Position numbers and translations under genes: made by a program. From Chiloscyllium plagiosum (lineage: Eukaryota), in the NCBI RefSeq assembly GCF_004010195.1, contig NC_057753.1, positions 5,791,488-5,855,487 of the forward strand: DNA of 64,000 bases, written 5' to 3'. Position 1 is the first letter of the stretch; every line of letters starts with the position of its first letter. This document shows, piece by piece, positions 25,481-38,295 of the stretch. Under the pieces are notes generated by a model that worked only from the letters and a program-made list of their open reading frames with translations, was not told the DNA's origin and did no database searches.

Positions 25481-26014
25481 ACACAACGATAATAGCTGAA
25501 TAAATTCACCCACTATAACAAGGTCAATAAGGCAACAGAAATGCTCTGCAGAAACAAAACAAAACATTATGCGAATTCACTCGTACTTACAGTGCCAATA
25601 CTGCAATAAAACCGCATTTATATCGTGAGGTGGCAGTAAATCGACAAATAATATAAATTAAACGTTTGAAGGAATTAAATGGAGGCAACAGAAGACGGCA
25701 TTTCGACATTAAACAGGGAATATCTCCCACATAATGAGAAGAAGCTGTGTTCATAAAGGGAAAGAATATATTACACGAATATATGTCGTTAGTTCAAACG
25801 GAATGACCTTATAACCTTTATAGAGGTGTTAAGACAGAGAAAGCATAAAAAAGATTCATCCGAAGAAAAACACCCCAGTCAAATGAAGTAAATACACTGT
25901 GGAAGCGGAACAATGCATCACATGAAATGGAACAAAGAGTATAGACATTCTGAAGATGCACAACGGTTAAAGTGGGAGAATAGATACAGCTAACCAATGA
26001 TTCCCACAAATTAC

Positions 26015-26084
26015 CTGGAAGGCCAATAGCTGCAAGGACGGGATAGTAAATGGCAAATACCAGCCCTCTTGGTATTCCATGCAT
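26015..26084 (-). CDS. GPR139-like: GPR139-like GPCR unit 3, coding exon 1 (MHGIPRGLVFAIYYPVLAAIGLP + 1 nt)
   Basis: 70 nt, ATG at 26084, donor G|GTAATT, in phase with acceptor at 22322. Confidence 0.88.
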
Positions 26085-26135
26085 TTCTAAGAGAAACTCT
26101 GACCATATCCAATACAACATTGAAAACCTGTCAAA

Positions 26136-26197
26136 TTTATACAAGGTTTCAACCTCCAGGGAGCTAATTAAACTGTTTTGTTTCTACAGTAACCAAT
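26136..26197 (-). promoter_or_regulatory. Putative proximal promoter of unit 3 (TATA + O/E-like + TAATTA + CCAAT)
   Basis: tttata 26136-26141, ctccaggga 26154-26162, taatta 26165-26170; same distances from the ATG as units 1 and 2. Confidence 0.55.
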
Positions 26198-27237
26198 TTA
26201 CTGTAAGGAAAAATGTGGCATCAACTGTTGCTCAGCTGGGCCTTCTGTTTTGATCAAATACAGTTTTGTTTTGCTTTTCCCACGCAATCAGAGATGTCTC
26301 TAAACTAAAATGCACAGCATAATCCAGGTTATATTTCTTCGCTTTTCTTAAAAACAAAAGCTGATTGTTTCCACACTGGAGCCAGACCAAATCAATGGGA
26401 TTCGCCACTGACTCCAGTGAGAAACGCACGTTTTTCTTGAACAACGCAAGAAAGTTCTATCACACTGCTCTCAGAGAGTGTGACCACCAATCAGGCACAA
26501 TATGTTTCGAAATCCCTGTGAGATTAACTCAGACAACTGACTTTATTCTCATCCCGGATAGATGAGCATGTTAATGTACATATTCTTCATTGTAGAAGGC
26601 ATAAGTCTTCAGCTCTTATCAACGTGTTCAGGTCAGTGTCGTTATATTCAGTATTGGGGAGGGTCGTAGTTCACTGGGAACCTCTGCAGTCCAATGCAGT
26701 TACATTTAGTGTCAATATGTCCCGGCCAGTTTGTGTGAATTTAGTCCATTGCAGTAGTTACACACTATGTCAGTTTAATATAGCTCCATTTACAATACAG
26801 CGGATTCACTCCAGCTCCATCTCATCGGTCATGAAATTGCCGACTTTAGCACGCTTACAATCACAACACAAAGCCCAAAATATACTTTTTGCTTCTCGGC
26901 AAACAACCATATAGAAAACAATTAATTGTTGTCAAGACATTGAACAATGGTCTCAAGTACAACAGATGAATGACGAGAGTAAGGAGCTATTATGGACAGT
27001 TTGATGGGATGCGCCGAGCACGTGTGTGAAGAGAAGCTGATTTAATCTAATTTCCAGCACACAGTGCCAAATTTTTAACTGAGCTAATTTTTTTTAAATT
27101 TTCCACTCGGCAGTACACAGTCCTTGCATTGGCAAGTTCGTCCTGGTACCTCTTGTTGGCAGCAAACTGCTCTGGTGGTCCCAGCATGACATTCCTGAGA
27201 GCTGGTGCAGATTTAATTCCAAATAAGCAACATGGAG

Positions 27238-27606
27238 ATTAGATCAGATTCCCTGCAGTATGGAAACAGGCTCTTCAACCCAATAAGTCCACACCGACCC
27301 TCCGAAGAGCAACCCATCTAGACCGACTCCACATTTACCCCTGACTCATGCACCTAACACTATGGTTAATAGGAACTAATACCTAACACTATGGGCAATA
27401 GCGCCTAACACTCTGGGCAATTTAGCATGGCCAATTCACCCTGACCTGCACATCTTTGGATTGTGGTAGGAAACCGGAGCACCTGGAAGAAGTCCACGCA
27501 GACACGATGAGAATATGCAAACTCCACACAGACATTCTCCCGAGGCTGGATTTGAACCCGGGTCCCTGGCGCAGTGAGGCAGCAGTGCTAACCACTGAGC
27601 CACTCG
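27238..27606 (-). mobile_element. HE1-type SINE with internal triplication of a cctaacacta/ct-tggg-like motif
   Basis: ggctcagtggttagcactgctgcctc...gggttcaaatcc on the minus strand; repeats at ~27350-27420. Confidence 0.88.
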
Positions 27607-27800
27607 AGATGATGTGCGGCGAATAAATTAACTCCCTCACATGGACACCTTGTCCCAATGCTGAAACATAAGGAGCCTGAAAGGACTAGAGTAGATCTAT
27701 TCCACATGGCTACATTCAAGAGTGTGAATTATCATTTGTAGCAGTGGTCAATGGACCGAGGGTTGGCAGATGGAGTTTAATTTAGAAAAATGTGACTTAC

Positions 27801-28604
27801 TGTTGCAGTGCGGCGATTGAACCTTTCTGCCAATTAAGCAGAAAGCTCACCTCCCCTCATAATATGTTAAAACTGTGTGAGTGAAAGAAGATTGCTGATT
27901 TCCACTGCATAAATAAAAAGCAACAACTTATCTATTTAACCCTAAAAGGCAACACTGAGCAAAATTATTAACAAACCGAACACTCGTTCCAAAACTAACC
28001 ACTAGCCCTCTGCTGAACACAATTCAATTAATATGTTGTTCCAATAAAACAGTTAGAAAACTTTACACTAATTAAATTTCTCAACTTTCAAGCAGCCTCT
28101 ATGTTGTCTTCCTCTGGTGTTCCCTCTGGTCTTCTGACGCCGCCGTCTCATCCCTGGGTCATCTTCCTACTTTTTTATTGCTTTTACGAGAAAAGGCACC
28201 TTTTGAGAGATAATGCCTTCGGAGATTTCTTTGAGAGCAAGATGTTTATTTCTTTGGATGGCATTTGCTCTCCAGATCTACAGCAGTTCCTCTGACCAGT
28301 TTTCAAAATGCCCGCTTTTTTTATATACCCTCAACATGGTTCCCTCTCATTGGTCCGACATTGTCAATACCATACATTCAAACTCAACTGGGGTTTGGTA
28401 CCCGGGGGCATAATCTAAATGGATTGGTTAAACTTGAATCGTTGTATAAACTCAGGAATCCATTTAACAGCCAATTGTCACATATATTTATTTCGCAACA
28501 TCTCATCTCTTAGCTGTACTGTATACTGGTAGATGTAGCTGTACGTTAAAATCAGAAAACACTTGCTATCTTAAAGTGACCATCGCTCTTTCGACTTCAT
28601 AGCA
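27801..28604 (-). mobile_element. Candidate solo LTR inserted in a CR1 fragment
   Basis: TG...CA termini, flanks cttac/cttag, TATATAAAAA on the minus strand near 28320; CR1 sequence resumes on both sides. Confidence 0.5.
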
Positions 28605-29360
28605 CTTAGTGGTAAGGTTCTGAGGAGTGTTGCTGAGCAATGAGACCTTGGAGTTCAGGTTCATACTTCATTGAAAGTAGCGTCACAGGTAGATAGGATG
28701 GTGAAAAAGGCGTTCGGCATACTTTCCTTTATTGGTCAGAGTATTGAGTACAGGTGTTGGGAGGTCATGTTGCGGCTGTACAGTGTTGCGGCTGTACAGG
28801 ACATTGGTTAGGCCACTGTTGGAATATTGCATGCAGTTCTGGTCTCCCTGCTTTAAGAAGGATGTTGTGAAACTTGAAAGAGGTCAGAAAAGATTTACAA
28901 GGATGTTGCCAAGGTTGGGGGTTTGAGCTCTAGGGAGAGGTTGAATAGGCTAGGGATGTTTTCCCTGGAGGGTCAGAGGCTGAGCGGTGCCCTTACAGAG
29001 GTTTATAAAGTCAGAGGGGCATGGATAGGGTAAATAGACAAAGTCTTTTCCCTGGATGGGGGGAGTCCAGAACTAGAGGGAATAGGTGTAGGGTGAGAGG
29101 GCAAAGAATAAAAAGGGACCTACGTGGCAACGTTTTCACACAGAGGGTGGTGCGTGTATGGAATGAGCTGCCAGAGGAAGTAGTGCCGGCTGGTACAATT
29201 ACAATACTGAAAAGGCACCTGGATGGGTATATTAATGAGAAGGGTTTAGAGGGTTGTGGGCCGAATGCTGGAAATGGGACTCGATTAATTTAGGATACCG
29301 AGTCAGCATGGACGAGTTGGACTGAAGGGTGTTTCCATGTATACAACTCTATGATTCTAG
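28605..29360 (+). mobile_element. CR1 LINE 3' fragment
   Basis: LYRTLVRPLLEYCMQFWSP, FTQRVVRVWNELPEEVV; tail ctctatgattcta. Confidence 0.88.
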
Positions 29361-29369
29361 TGACATTGT

Positions 29370-29500
29370 TATAATAATAACAAAAACACTAATAAGAAGG
29401 TTATTGATAATATTGATAATAATTGATATTAATATTGATAATAAAACAATAACAACAGCAGCAGTATTACCAGAAATAATAGGAGTACTAGCAATAACAA
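29370..29500. repeat. Degenerate (AAT)n-like low-complexity tract
   Basis: ataataataac...attgataatattgataataattgat. Confidence 0.6.
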
Positions 29501-29774
29501 GATAGCACTCGTGCCTGGCTCATCGCCTGCTGATTTTAATTCCACAGTGGCTTCCACGAATCTGGACAAAAGTGTTGTGAGTGTGCAGAGAGTAAAGAAA
29601 AAAAAGACAAGAGAATTCGAAGTTAACAGGACCGATTTCAAAATTAGTATTTAGCTTTCAATCTATATTCTTTAACTGACACATCAGGGAAGATTTGAAA
29701 GCAACTGCACGTTGGAAGTGAGAATTCATGGGACTTGGACAATGTAAGGCATAGTTCATACTGTCCTATTCCTA

Positions 29775-30380
29775 AAGCTGCAACTTTAACCAATAGGTGA
29801 TATGGATATTTCACCTTATTCTTTAACTCAGATCTGAGTTTGCCTGTACAAATGAATGATTGATGCAAACACTCAATAATTGAAGTATATATCCACTTTG
29901 TTGGAGGACAAGTGTGGAATTCCTGAAATCAAAAACAGTAGAATAAAAGACATTGGCAATTTACAATATAAGTAATCTGTATAGGCTGTAACAAAGGTAA
30001 CAGGGTGAATCTTCCCGAGATGAGGAAGAGAAAAACAATAGAATTAACCTGTTTCTTCATTTCTGGGTCCCTCTGGTTCTCCAAGTTGGTTTGTGCCCGG
30101 AGTCTTTTCTGGGCTATATTGGCCACTAGAATGTGTCTGACAATCAGGACATTGAACAGTAAAATCAGAATGAAAGGTAGAAGAGGGGTTAAAATAGACC
30201 AAATTCAGGATCTAGACTAGAGTGGTGCTGGAACAGCACAGCAGGTCAGGCAGCATCTGAGGAGCAGGAGGTATGTACAGTCATATATACAGTCCATGCA
30301 GGTAATGTGTAATATGTTTGTGCATTGACAAATATTGTTGATTACATACATTGGTTCACACAAAAAATGCATATGTATCA
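29775..30380 (-). pseudogene. GPR139-like unit 4, degraded exon 2 remnant (ECL2 to C-terminus)
   Basis: Broken-frame homology to unit 2: EPMYVINN, PAWTVY, KRLRAQTNLENQRDPEMKK, SIVFLFLISG, KLRSELKNKVKYPYHLL. Has frameshifts and a repeat fragment inserted at about 30203-30270. The TM1-TM4 part was not found. Confidence 0.82.
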
Positions 30381-30413
30381 ACCAAGTATCAAAAGCTCAA
30401 TCCAAATTAATAT

Positions 30414-30875
30414 TGTTATGGACCAGACTAATATATATAATATTGTTATTGTCCAGATCATACCCCATCAAAATATATTAAGAAGGTTGCCGAGACCCCA
30501 AATTTTTCCGAGTTTTAAAGGCAAGTGTAAGGTGTGTTACAGATGCAATTCCACTGGTCAAACTACCAGGCTTGATGCAAAACACATTAATTCTTGCACT
30601 ATAGTTAAAATGCAGACCAAGGAAAGATGAATTGGAATAACAGCACTGTTAGAAAACTACAGGCGCAATTTTCCAATCCAGGATGAAAAAACATCTAGAG
30701 AAATCTCTGAGAGAGATAACTCAAGCATTTTGCTGTAGAAGGAAGAGATGTACAGAAGCTTCCAACCCCCAACAGCGACTGAAACTTAAACTGTGATAAG
30801 AGTTCTCTGGGAGCTTGACGCCACCCCTTCGTGCTGCTTCTATTGTTTTAACTTTAACAAACAAAAAGTTGTTCA
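30414..30875. mobile_element. Probable LTR fragment
   Basis: Begins TGTTATG directly where GPCR pseudogene homology ends; other end not resolved. Confidence 0.35.
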
Positions 30876-31100
30876 AAGTTTGTGAGAAATTTGTAGCTCG
30901 GGTGCTCGTTGCTGTGGTTCTGTTCACCGAGCTGGAAGTTATTGTTGCAAACGTTTCGTCCCCTGTCTAGGTGACATCCTCAGTGCTTGGGAGCCTCCTG
31001 TGAAGCGCTTCTGTGGTGTTTCCTCCGGCATATACCGGCCACTACAGCGGACAGCTGAAACTGACAACCGGAAGCGGCAGGGACAGGCCACTATAAATGA
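30876..31100 (-). mobile_element. Second Penelope-like terminal-repeat fragment with a hammerhead motif (30947-30986)
   Basis: Minus strand GCA-CTGAGGA-t-GTCACC-tagaca-GGGGAC-GAAA-CGTT-TGC. Confidence 0.7.
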
Positions 31101-31329
31101 TGAGAAGAAAATAGCTTAATCTATTGCAAATAATGTAGATGAAATGTTGATGTAAAAGCATCGATTATTACATTTTTGTACTCTGTTTGGAATAACAAGC
31201 AGAGAGACCTGACCTTCCTGAGAAGTGGGTGAGGTTGTATAATCAGTTCCAGGATTGCTGTCTGAAGTGGGGAAGGTTGAAATGACAGGAGGACGCGGCC
31301 CCACTTCCTGTTGGAAGTCAGGATCATTT

Positions 31330-34300
31330 CCAGTGTCTGTGCTGACTGCTGCATGCAGGAGATGGGTTCAGCTGCCGCTCCTGATTTCCTGCATGGAGCA
31401 CCAGATTCTGTGGACGGACTCAGGATAGAGCATCCACAAGGATGAAAATGTCATGCATAGCACGTTTAGCGAGCTAGTCACAACACTAGTAAAGACTACA
31501 GGGAAACGTTGGGTAGCCGTCAGGAAGACGAGCAGTCCAGGAGGCCACTGTGGTCATTCCCCTCTTAATGACTTCCGACTGCGCATCCTCCCCCTTGAGA
31601 GCATTCTGCAGCCACTCTGAGATATCCTGGACCCTGGCACCTGGGAGGCAACACACCATCCTTATTCCCATTTGAGGGCACAGAATCTCCTGTCTGTCCC
31701 TCACCCCCTAACTATTGAGTCTCGTATCACTAAGGTCCTGTTTATCTTTTCCCTTTTCCACTGTGCCCCAGAATTATTCGTAATGCCACTGAAATGGCTA
31801 CTACTGCTTTCCCTGATCGGTCATTCTAACCTAATCTCCCCTCCACGGGGGGATCCCTGCATTCTTACTTTCCTGATGGTCATGTGAGTACTCTCTGAGT
31901 GCACCTTCGGTGTGACCACCTCACTAAAACTCCTATCAATGAAAAACTCAGCATCTCGGATGATCCTGAGAGCATCTAGTTCCAGCGCCCTCAGACGGCC
32001 TCCCAGGAACTGCAGCTGGGCGCTCTTCCCACACGATGGACGATGGAAGTCTCCCCTGAGCTCCCACATCCAGCAGGCTGTGGGAGTGTGACTGCCCTAA
32101 CTCCCATCTCAACTGCTGTAACACTAAGACGGCAAGTTAAAGGGACTTTAACTGAGTTTAGCGCGACTTTACCTCTATCCCATGGAGAAGGGAGATGAGG
32201 GACTTCCTCGGGCCTTGTACAAAATCCTTACATCTGCTTTAGTCACAGGAGAGGGCCAGCGAACTCGATTAGAAACAACATTGTCCATTTGTGTCAGATT
32301 GGCAGCAGAGATAATCTGGGAAGTAACAGGTCAATAGCCTTCTGTCAGTGGTATGCAAATCATTGGAGAAGATTCTCACGGATAGGATTTATTCAAATTT
32401 GGGAAAACATGGGCTTATTGGCGATAGTAGCATGGCGTTGAATAGGGAAGTTCATGTCTCACAGAGTTGATTGAGTCTTTTGAGGAAGGGACGACGACGA
32501 ATGTTGGGGCTGAGTGGTAGTTCTTATCAATATGGATTTTAGCAAGGCTTTAGAACAAGGTCACTTGTGTCAGGTTGGTGCACAAGGCGAAGTCACATGG
32601 GCCCAGCAGAAAGCTGATAAGATGGATACAGAACTGGCTTCGTCATGGAAGACAGAAAGTAGCAATGCAAGCGTGGATTTTTTTTAAATTGGATTCTGTG
32701 GCCAGTGGCGTTTCACAGAGATCAGATCTGAGAGTCTGTCATATCCATAAATGATCCGGAGGAGAACGTAGGTGGCCTGATTAGCAAAGTTGCAGACAAC
32801 ACTAGGGGGAGCTGCAAATAATGAAGATGACTGAGGATCCAGCAGGATAGACTGGAGACATGGACAGAGAAATGGCAGATGGAGTTTAATCTGGACAAAT
32901 GTGAGGTGATGCATTTTGGAACGTCTAATACGGAGTGGGGGGGGGGGGGGGGGGGAGGGGGGAGTGGAGTACACAGTAAATGGCAGAATCCTTAATAGCA
33001 TCAACATACAAAGGGGTCAAGGCATACAGGCCCACAGTTTCCTGAAGGTGGCAAGACAAGTGAACAAAGTGGTCAAGAAGGTAAATGGCATGCTTGCCCT
33101 TCATCGATTGGGACATAGAGTTCAAAAATTGGCAAGTCATGTTGCAGTTGCATAAAACTTTAGATTGTCCAATTGGGATCATCACACTGCCAGAAGGATG
33201 TAGAGGTTTTGGTGAGTGCAGAATCAGCAATGCCTCCTGCAGCCAGCATTCCCTGTGAGGAGAGTATTCACTCCCAAGGCTCTGCCCAGGACCATAGGAA
33301 CCTACAGAAGGCTGTGTGCACAGCCAGACCATCACGGAAGCCAGCCTTCCATCCATGGTCTCCATTTAGAAAGCTGATAAGATGGATACAGAACTGGCTT
33401 CGTTATAGGTGACAGAAAGTGGCAATGCAAGCATGGATTTTTAAAAATTGGAATCTGTGGGCAGTGGTGTTTCACAGAGATCAGATCTGAGAGTCTGTCA
33501 TATCCATAAATGATCCGGAGGAGAATGTAGGTGGCCTGATTACTAAAGTTGCAGACAACACAAAGATTGAGAGAGCTGCAAATAGTGAAGAGGATTGTGA
33601 TAGTGAAAGGCTGCCAACGTCATCAAAGACCCATCAAACCTTGGTAATGCTCTCCTATAACTTCTTCAGTCAGGCAGAAGAGACAAAAGCTTTGACACAT
33701 TCACCAACAGATGCAGGGACAGTTTCTTTCCTTACGTTATTCAACTGACGAATGGTCTCTCTAACTTCAATTAATGCTGATCTTACCAATGTTAATCTTG
33801 CTTCGTGCATGCTCTGTGTGATGTAACTTGTGTGTCTCTGTCCAAGCTTTTCACCCTATGATCCCTATTTCCTTGCTCTCGATGAACTGGACCACTCATA
33901 AACAAAGCTTTTCACTGTACTTAGGTACACAAAAAATAAATCAAATCAAAATCAAATCTGACTCATATCAGATTGGACACATTTAGCTTATTTTCACTTG
34001 AATGTCAATGGTCCACTGCTGTTTGTCATTTTCACAAATGACTTGGAACAGGCGTAGAAGGATGGGTTTGTAAATTTGCAGATGACAATAAGATCGGTAG
34101 AGTTGTGGATAGTGCCAAAGGATGTTGTAGGTTACAAAGGGACATAGAAAAAACACAGAACTGGGCTGAGAGGTGGCAAATGGAGTTTAATGTGGATACG
34201 TGTGAGGTGTTTCACTTTGCAAGGAGTAACAGGAATGCAGAGTACTGGGCTAATGATAAGATTCCTGGTAGTGTCGATGAGCAGAGAGATATCGGTGTCC

Positions 34301-35195
34301 ATATACATGGATCCTTGAAAGATGCCATCCAGGTTGATAGGGCTGTTAAGAAGGCATACAGTGTGTTAGCATTTATTGGTAGAGGGACCGAATTTTGGAA
34401 CCATGAGGTCAAACTGCAGCTGTACAGAACTGGTGCAGCCACACTTTGAGTATTGCGTAAGGTTCTGGTCACTGGATTACAAGAAGGATATGGAAGTGTC
34501 AGCAAGGGTTCAGAGGAGATTTACGAAAATGTTGCCTGGTAGGGAGGAAACGTCCTATGAGGAAAGCCTGCAGAACTTCCGTTAGACTGAAGAAGCTGAG
34601 AGGTGATTTAATTGAGACTTATGAGATAATCAGAGGGTTAGATGGGGTGGACAGTGAGAGCCTTTTTTCTCGACGTCGATGGTTAACATGAGGGGATAGA
34701 TATAGGACGGATATCAGAGATGGTTTCTTTACTCAGAGAGTAGTAGGGGCGTGGAACACACTGAATGCAACCTTAGTAGACACGCCAACTTTAAGGGCAT
34801 TTAAACTGTCATTAGATAGACATATGGACGAGAATGGAATAATGTAGGTTAGATGGGCTTCAGATTGGTTCCACAGATCAGTGCAACATCGAGGGCCAAA
34901 GAGCTTGCATTGCGCTGCATTGTTCTATGTTGAAGGGTGACCTGATACATGGTTGCAAAATTATGAGAGACAAAAATGTCTCCAAGAAAAGACATTTTTG
35001 GAGTCTTTTTCCTAGGTTAGAAATACCAATTACTAGGAGTCATAGGTTTAGGTAAAAGGGGGTAAGTACAAAGGAATTAGAGAAGCACGCTTTCTTTCAC
35101 AGAAGATGGCAAGTGCCTGGAGTGTGCTGCCAGAGGAGGTGGAGGTGAATACAATAGAATGTTTAAGAGGCATCTTGATCAATAGATGAATAGGC
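31330..35195. mobile_element. Patchwork of CR1 ORF1/ORF2 fragments and a Rex1-like 3' end (33210-33367, 33600-33960), with a ~220-bp duplication (32609-32830 / 33368-33595)
   Basis: MVCCLPGARVQDISE (CR1 ORF1, minus strand); WAERWQMEFNVDTCEVFHF; SAQDHRNLQKAVCTA; tail aataaatcaaatcaaaatcaaatc. Confidence 0.75.
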
Positions 35196-35440
35196 ATGAA
35201 GTTTGCACATTCACCTCGTCTATGCATGGGTTTCCTCCAGGTGCTCTGGTTTCCTCCCACAGTCCAAAGTGAATCGGCCATGCTACATTGTCCATCGTGT
35301 TCAGGGATGTATAGATCAGACGCATTAGTCAGGGGTAAATGTAGAGCAATAGGGTAGGGGAATAGGTCTGTGTGGGATAGTTTGCAGAGGGTTGGACTTG
35401 TTGGGCCAAATGGCCTGTTTCCACAGTGTAGGGATTCAGT
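35195..35440 (+). mobile_element. 5'-truncated HE1-type SINE
   Basis: gaagtttgcacattc...ggtttcctcccacagtccaaag...ggcctgtttccacagtgtagggattc. Confidence 0.8.
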
Positions 35441-35797
35441 AATGTTTCAGCTGTTTGAAATCAGGACCAAATACTACAATTGCGACAGTCCTGGACACTG
35501 CTGACTGTTTGTAACAGAACCAAATCTCGCAATTTAGGATCATTAACCAATCAGAACAGATTACCTGTGCTCACACTGACCTACAGACTGACAGCAGTGC
35601 TCTGGGATTTAGTGGCAAACACTTCCACATGTATGCACCGATAATATTGTGATAACTCGTCCACTGTAACAGCAACAATAACACATTGTAATCGACCGAG
35701 CAGTTTGATAATGGTGAGAGGATTCACCAGAGGGACTGTTTTAAAATAACAACAGAACTATGTTTGCACTGTTTCTTTTGTTAGTATTTTGCCATCA

Positions 35798-36387
35798 ACG
35801 GTCGAGGAGTGTGGGGCTGGAAAAGCACAGCGGGTCAGGCAGCATCCCAGGAACAGGAGAGTCGACATTTCGGGCATAAGCCCTTCATCAGGAATGAGGC
35901 TTGTGGGCCAAGGAGACTGAGAGATAAATGGGAGGGGTATGGGGCTGGGAAGGAGGGGAGGGGGAAGATAGCTAGGAATGTGACAGGTCGATGAATGTAA
36001 TGGAGAAGATGACAGGTTGGAAAAGAGGGTGGAGCGGATAGATTGGAAAGGTGATGGACAGATCAAGAGGGTGTTGCAGAGTAGGAGGCTTGGGACTGGG
36101 ATAAGTTTGGGTGGATGGGGAAACTGGTGAAATTCACATTGATCCAGTGGGGTTGTAGGGTTCCAAGTCGGAAGATGAGGCGTTCTTCCTCCAGGCGTCG
36201 AGTGGTTAGGGTTTGGCGATGGAGGAGGCCGAGGAGCTGCATGTCCTTGGGTGGAGTGTTCAGCCACAGGGCGATGGAGTTGGTTGGTTGGTGGGGGTGT
36301 CCCAGAGATATTCTCTGAAATGATCTGCAAGCTGGCACCCTGTCTCCCTGACATAGAGGAGATCACACCGGGTGCAACGGATGAAGG
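35798..36387 (-). mobile_element. Penelope-like retroelement 3' end: GIY-YIG C-terminus, pyrimidine-rich UTR and hammerhead core (35864-35891)
   Basis: MQLLGLLHRQTLTTRRLEEERLIFRLGTLQPHWINVNF resembles the end of a PLE GIY-YIG domain; 8-bp TSD tgccatca (35790-35797 / 36388-36395). Confidence 0.8.
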
Positions 36388-36654
36388 TGCCATCAGCAAC
36401 ATATTCAAGAACTCACTAGAGTTGTCTGCAAAATTGTACGAACATGATAATTCATCTTGTGTCAAAGCTGACAAGGTATATATGTAATATGAAGGAATAA
36501 ATGAAGGCAATGGGAAATGAGAAGATATAATGGATGCAAAACAATAATATTTACTGATATGTTACTTCAGTCAATGGACAAAAGCATGGTATCCAGCATA
36601 CAAACCATAGGCAGTTCTTACTTGTACAAGGTTATATTTACCTATATTTGCCTC

Positions 36655-37460
36655 GGGGGGCAAGTTAACCGAATGGACTCACATTTCACTTCAGAAGGAA
36701 GACTTCAGATGGTAGATTCTCCCCATCATGTGTTGGGGGTAGCTGCCTTAAACTTTAGTGCATCCCTCAGCACAGAGTCCTGCACCTCAGAATGTGCCAG
36801 CCTGCAACACTCAGTCGAGGACTACCCCTAGGTCAGGAAGACCAACAGGTTTCGGGCAGACCCTGGAGCGCCTTTCACTGAGTTGGTGGCCCTCCAGGTG
36901 CAGTTGACCTTTGTCTCGGTATGCATCTCAGGGAACAGACTGGATAGGAGAAGGGTCCCGTGTCATGGAGCTGCTCGGGACGAACCTCGACTCAAACCGC
37001 TGCATCTTCCTCCAGCCTGCTTCTGCAAAGGAGATGGGTGATAGTCTCACCGTCAGCCGCAGCCACTTCAAGGGTGACGTGTGGTGGAGCAGGCAGACCG
37101 AGCATACAAGGAGGATATCACAGATAGTGCACTTCTCACTACCAGGCAAGCGATGTTTTGGTGCTGGTCGAAAAGTTCTGGTGATGAGGCATTCTGCCAA
37201 ATGACATTGACAGCCCGCTGAGGGAGCAAACTGACAGGATCCACCCCACTCCTATCCCCACTGGGTCTTGAGGACCACTACGTGCTGACCATCTCTTGAT
37301 GAACCTCTTTGAAAATTTCCCCACAAGGGACGGGTGACATAGTACGGTCCAACTCCTTGCAGCGTTCCGCGACAGGAAAGCCAGTCCCATCCTTTGCAGC
37401 ACAGAGGACAGGTCAAACCACAGTAAAAAGTGACACTTGGTGTTTGGAAGAGAGAGTGGC
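36655..37460 (-). mobile_element. Tx1-like (L1 clade) LINE ORF2 C-terminal fragment
   Basis: NTKCHFLLWFDLSSVLQRMGLAFLSRNAARSWTV and FAEAGWRKMQRFESRFVPSSSMTRD resemble Tx1-type post-RT/zf-RVT regions. Confidence 0.65.
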
Positions 37461-37719
37461 AAGATGGCAGTGGTGACCTGGTCTACAACTGCCTGAGTAC
37501 ACAATACCTGCCCGACCTCCCTCCTATACCTATCTCCCCTCCCCTTCTCATACTTCACTTGACCTCTCCTGCTCACACAGCTCCAGGAACCAAGGCATGG
37601 GCACTGCTTAACCCGTCTCCTGGGTGCCTTCGATCTCAGTCTTCTAAAGCTCGGAACGGGGACCAGCAGGGACTGCACAGCCCTCAAGCCCCTGATTTTC
37701 ATTCCACTCGCCTACAAAC

Positions 37720-38295
37720 AGGCTAGTTTTCTTGTAACCCTCCCAATCATTTTATAACAAAGAACCCCAGTCCAGTGTTTGTAAAGTACCGCCAGCCCAC
37801 CGATAACATAAACCCTCAGCCCTGTGTTTATATAGCATCCATCCCAGTTTTCACACAACCGCCCGACCTAGTGTCTACTCAACCACCCTGTCTGGTGTTA
37901 ATATAAGCCGCCCAGTGCCGTGATTCTACAATACCTGCCAGTGTAATTTTCTAACACTCCCAGCAACAGTGTTTATATAATGCTGCCACAGTCATTTTAT
38001 AACAACCTCCCCCAGCAGCATTGATATAACATTGCTCCAGTAATTTTATAACTGCTCCAAATGTCAGTGTTTATGATATTCACATCCCCAAGTAATTTTA
38101 TAACAAATACCAAAACCAGTATTTACATAAAACCCGAAATAATGTTATAACAATCCTACCAGTCCACTGTGTATATAACATAAACCCCCAGTAATTTCAT
38201 TACAACCCTCCCAAAACAGTCGATATATAACACAGCCCCCAGTAATTTTACAATGAACAATTCCAGTCCAGTGTTTATATAAACACTCGCCAGAA
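37720..38295. repeat. Degenerate satellite array, left part
   Basis: Recurrent ccagtgtttatataac / cagtaattttataac subunits. Confidence 0.8.

Noticed and set aside
25818..26144. 108-aa ORF as a standalone gene
   Set aside because: It is exon 1 read through its splice donor; the upstream extension overlaps the TATA/5' UTR region.
35640..36640. 250-aa ORF 35758-36510 and a possible second degraded GPCR (PSYYIYTL...CSYNF)
   Set aside because: Mostly an alternative frame of the Penelope insertion. After removing the insertion the flanks have stops and no convincing GPCR motifs.
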